Source of the DNA: a virus
Virus genome (UHGV): UHGV-0018629
Length of the DNA stretch: 64,000 nucleotides
Direction: 5' to 3' (one strand)
Shown one piece after another: positions 13,858 to 21,800 of this stretch. The position numbers and the translations under genes were made by a program. The notes under the pieces are model-generated. The model made no database searches and was not told the origin of the DNA. It worked only from the letters and a program-made list of their open reading frames with translations. Numbering within the stretch: position 1 is the stretch's first letter; every line of letters begins with the position of its first letter.

Positions 13858-13940
13858 AGACCTTCCCCTTATGTTTCTGTTTGCGATTAGATTCTTTAAA
13901 CGCTTTCTTCTTATCTTTATGGACAGAAGCTTTATTAAAA

Positions 13941-14159
13941 TTATGTTTTGCGACTAAATTGTTCATAGTGCTGAATTACCTCTCTCAAACATTTGCATGT
14001 GAATGAAAACTTTTTAGCTACACCACATTCAAATATATGTTCTCTTAAATCACGTGTGTCAGTATATCCCATCTCAACAATAAAATGCCGTATTAGATTT
14101 TTATCTTTATCATTGAGAGAATTAAAATAATCGGATTTTGAATTAATTTCCCTGGCCAA
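13941..14159 (-). CDS. hypothetical protein (arn.1-like position)
   Basis: 72-aa ORF in minus-strand early operon; Cys-containing (CGVAKKFSFTCKC). Confidence 0.5.
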   Translation of the reverse strand: MAREINSKSDYFNSLNDKDKNLIRHFIVEMGYTDTRDLREHIFECGVAKKFSFTCKCLREVIQHYEQFSRKT

Positions 14160-14439
14160 ATTGAATCACCTTCAGTTGACGTTTTAGTTCTTTTATCATT
14201 TCTTCGTTCATCGCAATATAAAGATCTCGTAAAGCAGGTTTTAACATTCCATTTACTGGAGAACTAAATGGACATACATAATCTTTTCCTACGAGCTTTT
14301 TGGTGAATTCCATATTACAGAACTGAAATGCCGGTTCATTGGCATAAATTCCCCAATTAGTTGACATCATTTTATTGGCATATTCCAGTGCCTGGATTTG
14401 ATTCATAATTCCATCAATTTGAAACTTTTTAATATTCAT
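14143..14439 (-). CDS. hypothetical protein
   Basis: 98-aa ORF; stop/start overlaps with neighbours. Confidence 0.5.
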   Translation of the reverse strand: MNIKKFQIDGIMNQIQALEYANKMMSTNWGIYANEPAFQFCNMEFTKKLVGKDYVCPFSSPVNGMLKPALRDLYIAMNEEMIKELKRQLKVIQFGQGN

Positions 14440-14900
14440 TAGTAAAGGTCCTCAGAGTAAAGTTCTTTTTCACTACCACCACGTTCAATACGTACTTGTC
14501 CGGCGTAAGTTGCAATAATCATTGCTTCTTCACGTGTCCAATAATTACTATATTGGTCAATAAATCCTTGGTCATCATCACAAACTTGCTGAGTAACTAA
14601 TTGGGGTTTAACTACATCTAAAACTTCTGCCATATCTTTAGAATAATGACGAGCACCTGGAATAACAAGAGTTCGTCCATCTTTTAATTTAAAACGGTTG
14701 GCTGCGCAAACAATTCGTCGTTGATACTTTTGGTTTTCGTCCCAATATGCAGTCTGCCAACAGATTTCAGGAACTTCATCTAAAACATTTTGTTCTGTGT
14801 ATTCACCGCTGTAAGAAGCTAATTTAGCCGCCAAACTTTCTGGAGTCTCACGTGACAAAGCTTTATCTAACAGAGCTAAACGTTCTTTAAAAGTTTTCAT
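14439..14900 (-). CDS. hypothetical protein
   Basis: 153-aa ORF tightly packed (1-nt and 4-nt overlaps with neighbours). Confidence 0.5.
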   Translation of the reverse strand: MKTFKERLALLDKALSRETPESLAAKLASYSGEYTEQNVLDEVPEICWQTAYWDENQKYQRRIVCAANRFKLKDGRTLVIPGARHYSKDMAEVLDVVKPQLVTQQVCDDDQGFIDQYSNYWTREEAMIIATYAGQVRIERGGSEKELYSEDLY

Positions 14901-15226
14901 TTAAACCATCCTTTAATACGCTGCCACAAAGTTTTCTGTTGAGCTTTGTTAACACCAATTGAGCGAATAACTGACTGAGATTCCTGGAATTCTTTATAAT
15001 CAGCAAGGTAAATTTCGTAAGCTGCATCTGTAAATGAACTTATCGCTGCCATAAAATTATTGCGAATACCTACTGGAGCATCTTTACTTTCACGAATAAT
15101 CATGTATTTACCAGTCTTAATCTTTACAATAGTTCCAAGATAAGCTCCGTGGTACCAGATGTCCCACCCCTCTTGAGTGGGTTCTGCACAACGACGAAGT
15201 TCATTAACAATTTCTAACTTGTTCAT
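14897..15226 (-). CDS. hypothetical protein (motA.1-like position)
   Basis: 109-aa ORF directly downstream of motA. Confidence 0.5.
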   Translation of the reverse strand: MNKLEIVNELRRCAEPTQEGWDIWYHGAYLGTIVKIKTGKYMIIRESKDAPVGIRNNFMAAISSFTDAAYEIYLADYKEFQESQSVIRSIGVNKAQQKTLWQRIKGWFK

Positions 15227-15236
15227 TATTTATTCC

Positions 15237-15872
15237 TCACAGTTCAGATGCTACGGTGATTACTGCTTCAATGTTTTCTGCCGAGCGTTTAATGTCAAGA
15301 TACACATTACCATTTTTAGCGATTTTACATGACATTCCGATATCAGTAAATTTCTGAATATGATGTTCCATCATTTTGTATCCAAAAATTCGCATATTTC
15401 CATTGTTGTTAATTTCAAAATTGCGAATTCCATGAGTGCGTTTTTCTAAAATAGCAAGATAGTTACTGCGGTAAGTTTCAACCTTTTTAAGAACAAATCC
15501 ATTTTCATCTAAAAGTTTTAACATGAAGTCTTTATCTTCTTCCATATCGGAAGTAATCTCACGAGCTTTACGAGTTGCTCGTTTTTTCAGCAGTTCAGGA
15601 GCATTTTCCTGCGCGTATAAAGTTGCTGCATTTGAAATAATATCCTGAGCTTCACCTGTAATGATTAATCCATCACCAGATTTCTCCACCAGGCCTTTTT
15701 TAATCAATACCCCAATATTACTATTAACTACTGCGTTACCTAAATCTGGATGCACCTCACGAACTTCTGCAGCTGTAATGAAATCTTTCTTAGCAATGGT
15801 AATTAAAATCGCAGCAGTTTTTTCATTCAGAACATCGTTAGAAGCTTTGATGATGTAAGTTACTTTAGACAT
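15237..15872 (-). CDS. motA: middle-transcription activator MotA
   Basis: 211-aa ORF MSKVTYIIKASNDVLNEKTAAILITIAKKDFITAAEVREV...; matches T4 MotA length and sequence. Confidence 0.9.
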   Translation of the reverse strand: MSKVTYIIKASNDVLNEKTAAILITIAKKDFITAAEVREVHPDLGNAVVNSNIGVLIKKGLVEKSGDGLIITGEAQDIISNAATLYAQENAPELLKKRATRKAREITSDMEEDKDFMLKLLDENGFVLKKVETYRSNYLAILEKRTHGIRNFEINNNGNMRIFGYKMMEHHIQKFTDIGMSCKIAKNGNVYLDIKRSAENIEAVITVASEL

Positions 15873-15913
15873 TTTCTAATCTCCGTAATTCTGTATCAGT
15901 AGTTGATAGTTGT

Positions 15914-15942
15914 ATAGTACCACAGTATGCTTTGGTTGTAAA
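15914..15942 (-). promoter_or_regulatory. T4 early-type promoter upstream of motA
   Basis: Minus strand GTTTACA-17nt-TGGTACTATACAACTATC, with AAAAATTTTTTCACAAAAC UP-like tract. Confidence 0.5.
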
Positions 15943-15967
15943 CCGTTTTGTGAAAAAATTTTTGAAA

Positions 15968-15994
15968 TAAAAAAGGGAGAGCCGAGGCTCTCCC
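15968..15994 (-). terminator. rho-independent terminator-like hairpin
   Basis: GGGAGAGC-CGAG-GCTCTCCC 8-bp stem followed on the minus strand by a U run. Confidence 0.5.
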
Positions 15995-15999
15995 TAAAA

Positions 16000-16149
16000 T
16001 TACTGCATGACTGTGATAACTGTCATGATAACACGTTGAATTCCGAACGCAAGAAGACCTCCTGCTACGGCTGGAACAACACCTAAACCCGCCAGTAAAA
16101 TGCTACCAGATACTAATGCAGCGCTTGTAATACCAATGAATGGACTCAT
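16000..16149 (-). CDS. hypothetical small membrane protein (49 aa)
   Basis: Unlisted ORF MSPFIGITSAALVSGSILLAGLGVVPAVAGGLLAFGIQRVIMTVITVMQ; ATG overlaps gene 52 stop (ATGA). Confidence 0.4.
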   Translation of the reverse strand: MSPFIGITSAALVSGSILLAGLGVVPAVAGGLLAFGIQRVIMTVITVMQ

Positions 16150-17474
16150 TTGATTTCCTCTAAATCTTTGGTGTATTCTGTAACTACATCAGTAGTTTTC
16201 CAATATTCGTTTTCTTCTTTTTTAGCTTTAGCTTCTTCAGCAAGTTTCTTTGCTTCGTCAGAAGTCATATGAAAAATGTTCATTCCAACTAGTTTATCAA
16301 CATAAGAAGAATACATATCAATTTTAGAAAGTTCTTCGGTCAGTTCTTTGCGAGTTTTACCTTGTACAACAATTTCACCTGAAATTACTTTCTTAATGAA
16401 ATGCGCCTTGGCAAAAGCTAAACGAAATGCTGATTCAGTTTCTTTTATTTTGTTATCAATTCGTTTTTGGACATAAGTTTTACGAACTTCAACGAAGTCT
16501 TTGATTAAATCAACTACGTTATCGTAAACTTGTAGTTTTCCTTTCTCATTAATAACGGTAATATTCTGGGAACGACGCTCAATCAACCCGAAGTCTTTCA
16601 TAATTTTTGCATGGCGTTCTTCTTCATTATCGCTCAAAGAATATTCTTTGCGGAATTTAACTTTGAATCCAAAACCATGCTCACCGCAAGCATCATCCCA
16701 TGTAATGAAGCCTTTATCTTCAAGTGGGTCTAAGATTTTACTCACATAAGTTTCACGATCATACTTATACGGAATCTCAGTGATATGCATTTGAGTTCGT
16801 GAAGTAAACTTGTACGTTCCACGAATTTCATATTGACCGTCAATTTCAACGACTTCACCACGAAATTCTGGGAATTCTACCTTCGGTTTAGTTACTTTCT
16901 TTCCTTGAAGAGCTTGTAGTACAGCTTTCTTGACAGAAGAAACACTATGAGGAAGAATGTAAGTTGCATAACCAGTTGCAATACCGGAAACACCGTTAAG
17001 AAGAACAGTAGGAATAATAGGCAAATAGAAAGCAGGCGGAATGTGTTCTTTATCTTGATGTACCGGAGCATATTCAGTATCTTTATATACGCTATAGAAA
17101 TTTTTACTTACACGAGCAAAAATATAACGACTTGCCGCTGCTTTTTGAACGGTACGAGAACCAAAGTTTCCTTGACCATCTAACAAAGGAAAGTTATTAT
17201 TCCAAGTATTAGCCATCAAAGCCCCAGCATCTTGCGCAGAGTTTTCACCATGATGATATCCAAGGTCTGCTACACCGCCTGCAATAGAAGCGAGTTTGTG
17301 AAACTTATCTTTATTTCCTCGTGCCAAATCAAGAGCTCGAGCAATAACAAATCGTTGAACTGGCTTAAATCCATCAATCATATTTGGGATAGCACGATTT
17401 TCAACCGTGTACATAGCATAAGCCAATGCTTCATTATCAATGATACTTTTTAAATCGCGATTATTCAGTTGCAT
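16146..17474 (-). CDS. 52: DNA topoisomerase II medium subunit gp52 (GyrA-like cleavage/religation domain)
   Basis: 442-aa ORF MQLNNRDLKSIIDNEALAYAMYTVENRAIPNMIDGFKPVQRFV...; same length as T4 gp52. Confidence 0.92.
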   Translation of the reverse strand: MQLNNRDLKSIIDNEALAYAMYTVENRAIPNMIDGFKPVQRFVIARALDLARGNKDKFHKLASIAGGVADLGYHHGENSAQDAGALMANTWNNNFPLLDGQGNFGSRTVQKAAASRYIFARVSKNFYSVYKDTEYAPVHQDKEHIPPAFYLPIIPTVLLNGVSGIATGYATYILPHSVSSVKKAVLQALQGKKVTKPKVEFPEFRGEVVEIDGQYEIRGTYKFTSRTQMHITEIPYKYDRETYVSKILDPLEDKGFITWDDACGEHGFGFKVKFRKEYSLSDNEEERHAKIMKDFGLIERRSQNITVINEKGKLQVYDNVVDLIKDFVEVRKTYVQKRIDNKIKETESAFRLAFAKAHFIKKVISGEIVVQGKTRKELTEELSKIDMYSSYVDKLVGMNIFHMTSDEAKKLAEEAKAKKEENEYWKTTDVVTEYTKDLEEIK

Positions 17475-17611
17475 AAATTTACCATACTAGTGAATGTAGT
17501 GCCATAATAACATCAGAAATGAAAAGCACGACTTGAATTAATCCGAACATTACTCCATAATATAGTGCTACCAATAAAGTAGCAAGGGCTAATGAATAGC
17601 CCAAGATTTTC

Positions 17612-17770
17612 TTAATCATTAGTAGATAACAACACAAATGTTAAATATGCACACATACCCTGGGCTAAAGCTTGTGAAAACACACTGCTAGCATCGATAC
17701 AGATAGTTAAAACACATGCTACTATCCAACAAATAAATGAAATAACTCCTAATAATTTTGCGATATTCAT
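17612..17770 (-). CDS. ac: small membrane protein, Ac-like (acriflavine sensitivity)
   Basis: ORF-track start is TTG at 17800; ATG at 17770 gives 52 aa MNIAKLLGVISFICWIVACVLTICIDASSVFSQALAQGMCAYLTFVLLSTND. Confidence 0.55.
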   Translation of the reverse strand: MNIAKLLGVISFICWIVACVLTICIDASSVFSQALAQGMCAYLTFVLLSTND

Positions 17771-17780
17771 AATATTCTCC

Positions 17781-17936
17781 TCAACTATTTTTAGAACCAA
17801 TGTACGCGAATAATGATAAAATCGCTAATACGCCCTGAGCTGATGCTTGCAAAAATACTGAAGTTTCTCCAGTTATTACTGTTCCGATGCATAAAAAGAA
17901 CCAACAGAAAAAGGCTATACCGTGAACAAATTTCAT
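17781..17936 (-). CDS. small membrane protein, paralog of the Ac-like protein
   Basis: Unlisted 51-aa ORF MKFVHGIAFFCWFFLCIGTVITGETSVFLQASAQGVLAILSLFAYIGSKNS; shares FxCW and VFxQAxAQG pattern with the adjacent ORF. Confidence 0.45.
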   Translation of the reverse strand: MKFVHGIAFFCWFFLCIGTVITGETSVFLQASAQGVLAILSLFAYIGSKNS

Positions 17937-17943
17937 ATTTTCC

Positions 17944-18024
17944 TCACTGGCGTCCGAAGACGCCTTTGGTTTTAAGATTGTTACGATAGAACTGCATCAC
18001 ATGTTCGTTATGGAAATTACTCAT
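17944..18024 (-). CDS. stp: Stp peptide (26 aa; activator of host PrrC anticodon nuclease)
   Basis: Unlisted [29 protein letters not shown] matches T4 Stp; ATG overlaps ndd stop (TAATG). Confidence 0.7.
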
Positions 18025-18479
18025 TAATATGCCTGCAAAACGAATTTAAAATTATCAGCCAACATACGGTTCATTTCTTCAAGTGTTTGATACTCAGAAT
18101 GATGATTACGAGTAAACGCTAAAGCTAACTGACCTTTTCCAAATCCTGTCGTCAAAGGTTTCATCTTAGAAGCAGGAAGATAAAATACTGTATATGGAAC
18201 ATTATTATTTGCAATAGTACGCGCAAGCTGAGACCGACGCTGACGAATATGACTTAGAACTGCACTGAATCCTTGCTTAGAACGCTGATTACCTACATAA
18301 AATCGTGCAGATACACACGGACTATCAAATGGACCACCAAATTTACTCACTAAAAAGTAAAATCCAGGTGTAGATAAAATGTCTTTATGTGGAGTTCCAA
18401 AAACCCATTCACCGCCCTTGATTGTACCAATAACAGTAGCACCTGCATTATTCAAATCAGTAACAGTCATGTATTTCAT
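18024..18479 (-). CDS. ndd: nucleoid disruption protein Ndd
   Basis: 151-aa [47 protein letters not shown]...; same length as T4 Ndd. Confidence 0.88.
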
Positions 18480-18538
18480 ATTAATTTCCTCTAATTATTT
18501 TCTACTCCAAGGCCGCATGAATACACACGGCCGATAAA

Positions 18539-18754
18539 TTAATCGTCGCAGTCGACGCTCAATTCCCAGAACTCTTCTACAGTATAAGTTTCAGTATCGT
18601 TTTCAATACAGAAACGTTCATTACTGTTATTTGCTAAAGTAGCATTAACTGTCATTTTCTCGCTAGTGCTCTTAAGAGGTGAAATACGAATTAACTGATC
18701 ACCACTATCCAAGCAAAAAATTTCGCCAACTTTTACATCTTTAAAAATTTTCAT
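18539..18754 (-). CDS. hypothetical protein (ndd.1-like position)
   Basis: 71-aa ORF with strong SD context. Confidence 0.5.
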   Translation of the reverse strand: MKIFKDVKVGEIFCLDSGDQLIRISPLKSTSEKMTVNATLANNSNERFCIENDTETYTVEEFWELSVDCDD

Positions 18755-18869
18755 AATTCACCTCAGGGAGTATAAAATCCAAATGCAGTTGTTGACCATC
18801 CCATCCAATACGGAAAATTTGCACCAACGTAAAACATGAGAATATAAAACCAACCACTCAGCAAATTCA

Positions 18870-19088
18870 TCATTTTACACCATTCCAAATTGTTTCAACC
18901 ACAGATTTTAAGCCATTTTGATGAATGTCCATTCCGACAACTGCCATCAAATAAATTCCAACTACAACTGAACCTAAGGCAAAAATCAGCATGAAAATGA
19001 ATAAAGCTGGAAAAATATTATCGAAAAACCATTCAATAAATGTAAAAGCACTGCGTTTACGCTTCATATTTTCCTCACATAAATCCAA
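18870..19088 (-). CDS. hypothetical membrane protein
   Basis: 72-aa ORF with one predicted TM helix (FPALFIFMLIFALGSVVVGIYLMAVVGM). Confidence 0.45.
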   Translation of the reverse strand: MDLCEENMKRKRSAFTFIEWFFDNIFPALFIFMLIFALGSVVVGIYLMAVVGMDIHQNGLKSVVETIWNGVK

Positions 19089-19323
19089 AGTAAGCGTTTA
19101 ATACATCAATCATTAAAACGATTGGGAATATACTCAAAACTACTAGTATTATAACTACATTCCATATAGCTTTAACAATCTTTTTCATTTTCTGTTCCTC
19201 CGTAGTTGATAGAGTAATAATACCACAGAGGAACAGTCTTGTAAACAACTTTTTTAAAAATATTCGTAATAAATGTGAATACCAACTACTACCGCTGAAA
19301 CTTGCGCAACCCACCATGCACAA
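19075..19323 (-). CDS. hypothetical small membrane protein (true start probably internal Met at 19188, 37 aa)
   Basis: 82-aa ORF-track call; N-terminal part overlaps an early promoter, so likely product is MKKIVKAIWNVVIILVVLSIFPIVLMIDVLNAYFGFM. Confidence 0.35.
   Translation of the reverse strand: MCMVGCASFSGSSWYSHLLRIFLKKLFTRLFLCGIITLSTTEEQKMKKIVKAIWNVVIILVVLSIFPIVLMIDVLNAYFGFM
19217..19245 (-). promoter_or_regulatory. T4 early-type promoter
   Basis: Minus strand GTTTACA-17nt-TGGTATTAT. Confidence 0.45.
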
Positions 19324-19431
19324 GCAATAAGCACAGAATTCAAAATTTTCATAATAACCTCATTACAAAAGTAAATGTTAAACAAATTACTGGAATACTA
19401 ATTAACCAAACAAAACACCACCACAATGAAC

Positions 19432-19695
19432 TCATAGTTCAATCTCAGCGATTTTCATTTCATTACTATTAATAGCCGCTTTAAGACTATCTGAAAGAAT
19501 TACATTCCAGTGGTCATTCATATGACCATTAACTAAGCGTGTAATTTCTTCGGGAGTTGAAAAATAAGGTGTATCAGACTCCCAATGCGATAGTCCCAAG
19601 CGAGTATAAATCATGCCTTCATCATCGCTAGAATATTCAACTGACACAAACTCATCAGTTATTTTATGTTTAGCGTAATAAAATTTAAATTTCAT
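19432..19695 (-). CDS. hypothetical protein (87 aa)
   Basis: ORF track extends to 19788 through a promoter; ATG at 19695 preceded by SD GGAGGAG gives MKFKFYYAKHKITDEF... Confidence 0.5.
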   Translation of the reverse strand: MKFKFYYAKHKITDEFVSVEYSSDDEGMIYTRLGLSHWESDTPYFSTPEEITRLVNGHMNDHWNVILSDSLKAAINSNEMKIAEIEL

Positions 19696-19722
19696 TTTTA
19701 CTCCTCCGTAGCTGATAGTTGT

Positions 19723-19751
19723 ATAGTACCACAGTCCTTGTGGTATGTAAA
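19723..19751 (-). promoter_or_regulatory. T4 early-type promoter
   Basis: Minus strand GTTTACA-17nt-TGGTACTATACAACTATCAGCT; near-identical copy of the motA-upstream element. Confidence 0.5.
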
Positions 19752-19769
19752 CCGTTTTGTGAAAATTTT

Positions 19770-20327
19770 TTAAATGGAAAGATACCATCCGTTGTAGTTG
19801 CTTTTTCTTACAACCTTACGAAGGTCTTCTCTATCACCGATGAACTTCGGAGTGTACTGGATGACACCTGGATGAATTTCTTTAGTGTTGAATATAATTA
19901 TACAGTCAGCGACCTGATGATTCAGAATGGGCCCTAGATTTATTCCAGAACCATATGGATACTCTCCGCTGCATCCTGTTGTTACAGAAATCCAACGTGA
20001 GTCAGTTTGATGTGTCTTAACTTCTACACGAAGCCCGCAGTATCTTGGATGCGCCAATACATCCCATGCATATGTATACGGGTCATTAACATCTTCTTGG
20101 CCTTTGTTAACATACCCACTTAGCCAATCTGCTACAAAAAATTCTGCGTACACCGCGATACGACATCTTTCAATAACTTCTGCTTTATCCTGATTTGGAT
20201 TTTGTTTTAAAGAGTATCTTGCTGTATCAGCAATTTTGACCTTCATTTCACTAGTCAAGTCACTGTTCGATAGGGTAAATGTCGGAATCTGAAATAGTCT
20301 CTGTAAACCCGGATTCGTTTTCTGCAT
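19770..20327 (-). CDS. denB: endonuclease IV DenB
   Basis: 185-aa ORF MQKTNPGLQRLFQIPTFTLSNSDLTSEMKVKIADTARYSLKQ...; T4 DenB is 185 aa. Confidence 0.8.
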   Translation of the reverse strand: MQKTNPGLQRLFQIPTFTLSNSDLTSEMKVKIADTARYSLKQNPNQDKAEVIERCRIAVYAEFFVADWLSGYVNKGQEDVNDPYTYAWDVLAHPRYCGLRVEVKTHQTDSRWISVTTGCSGEYPYGSGINLGPILNHQVADCIIIFNTKEIHPGVIQYTPKFIGDREDLRKVVRKSNYNGWYLSI

Positions 20328-20589
20328 TTAGACTTTCCTTTTTACCGCTGAGATAAGCGTTATATACTTTAAGAGTGCCGTAATAAATTCGGTCATTTTC
20401 ATCTAAAAACTCATGGTCAAGTTCATCGAGTTCCTTTTTATCCATGACTATAATATCATTGCAGTAAAGAAACCCAAGTTTTTCGTGACCAAACTCAAAT
20501 TTATTGCAGTACACAATATTAGCATGATGATTTCCGTGCAGTTTAATCTCTTTCATGTCGGAATCACCGATATTCATACAATAAATCAT
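20260..20589 (-). CDS. hypothetical protein (109 aa), 3' end overlaps denB start by 68 nt
   Basis: ORF MIYCMNIGDSDMKEIKLHGNHHANIVYCNKFEFGHEKLGF...; unusual extent of overlap. Confidence 0.45.
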   Translation of the reverse strand: MIYCMNIGDSDMKEIKLHGNHHANIVYCNKFEFGHEKLGFLYCNDIIVMDKKELDELDHEFLDENDRIYYGTLKVYNAYLSGKKESLNAENESGFTETISDSDIYPIEQ

Positions 20590-20609
20590 AATTTTTCCTT
20601 AAAACAAAA

Positions 20610-20621
20610 GGGCCGAAGCCC
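20610..20621 (-). promoter_or_regulatory. intercistronic GGGC-tetraloop-GCCC hairpin
   Basis: GC stem with UUCG loop on minus-strand RNA, flanked by U-rich tracts. Confidence 0.35.
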
Positions 20622-20627
20622 CTTATT

Positions 20628-20822
20628 TTATTTGAATTGTGCAATTCTTTTTTCTAAACAATCTGCGTAAGATTTCATTGAGATGAACTGTGAAAGCAGT
20701 AATTCTTGCTCAACTTCATTAATCGTTAGAAACTTTGTGCTTTCTAAAAATTTGCTCAGTGCATTAATTTTGAGCATTAATTGATCGTATTCTTCTTTTA
20801 CTCGTGCTTGATAACCTAACAT
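20628..20822 (-). CDS. hypothetical protein (64 aa)
   Basis: ORF MLGYQARVKEEYDQLMLKINALSKFLESTKFLTINEVEQELLLSQFISMKSYADCLEKRIAQFK downstream of rIIB. Confidence 0.45.
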   Translation of the reverse strand: MLGYQARVKEEYDQLMLKINALSKFLESTKFLTINEVEQELLLSQFISMKSYADCLEKRIAQFK

Positions 20823-20850
20823 AATTTTCCTTAGTTAAGGGCCGAAGCCC

Positions 20851-21789
20851 TTATTTAAATTGTTCAGTAACGTCTTCAACTACTTCGTATTGGCAGGTAC
20901 GCATTTTAGCATCATTGTAATCAATCGGAATTGATACTACATCGCGAGGATGTACTTTAACTTTTACAACTCGACTGGTTGAACTGCCAAAGTGACGAAT
21001 ATAAGATTTAGAACACACATGCAGACCACGAGAACAAGTTTGTGTATCATCGTCATTCACACGAGTGCGTGGCATTTTAACTACTTTACCAGGACTGTTA
21101 TCAAAAGTATTTGAATGGCAGTCAAAGTAATTACTGCGAACTACTTTCCAAGCATAGAAGTAGCCATCTTCTGTGATTTCAATATCGTTTGCTACCAAGA
21201 AATCAAAGAGTCGAGATACCGCTTTTTGGCTCGGGTTTTCCAACAGATTTTCCAAGAACGGAAAATAAAATTCAAAGTTTTCGCCTTTTTCCATCGAATC
21301 GAGAATACGATCGACTAAACCAGATCGCAATTCAATATTTTGATAGAACAAGCTTCCACCTTCAATTCGAACATCACCGGAAATATATTTTTCAACAGCG
21401 CGACGAACGTTAATTTTTTGTGCCGCTTCTTCCAATTTATCTGCAACAAGCAGATTAAGAATTTCCTGGAAGTTTGAATGAGTATTAGGAGTTGCGTTAT
21501 AAGTTACACCGTCAACAGTAATTGAAATGAATTTTTTAGAAGCATTCCAAATAATGTCAGATTTATCAACTGGAGCAATAGCTACATCGCTATTAACTTT
21601 GACCGTAATATCACCGCTAATAGTAACTTTAGAGCGTTCAGCTTCTTCAGCATTTTTCAAAACACGACGGATTGTGTCAACCGATACACCTTGCCAATCA
21701 GCCAATTCCTGTTGGGTATAATTACCACTTGAATACAGTTTGACAATTTCAGCTTGTTCGTTTTTGGTCAGGCATTTAATATTGTACAT
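20851..21789 (-). CDS. rIIB: rIIB protein (rapid lysis / exclusion-sensitivity locus)
   Basis: 312-aa ORF MYNIKCLTKNEQAEIVKLYSSGNYTQQELADWQGVSVDTIRRV...; same length as T4 rIIB. Confidence 0.92.
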   Translation of the reverse strand: MYNIKCLTKNEQAEIVKLYSSGNYTQQELADWQGVSVDTIRRVLKNAEEAERSKVTISGDITVKVNSDVAIAPVDKSDIIWNASKKFISITVDGVTYNATPNTHSNFQEILNLLVADKLEEAAQKINVRRAVEKYISGDVRIEGGSLFYQNIELRSGLVDRILDSMEKGENFEFYFPFLENLLENPSQKAVSRLFDFLVANDIEITEDGYFYAWKVVRSNYFDCHSNTFDNSPGKVVKMPRTRVNDDDTQTCSRGLHVCSKSYIRHFGSSTSRVVKVKVHPRDVVSIPIDYNDAKMRTCQYEVVEDVTEQFK

Positions 21790-21800
21790 AATTTTCCTTA

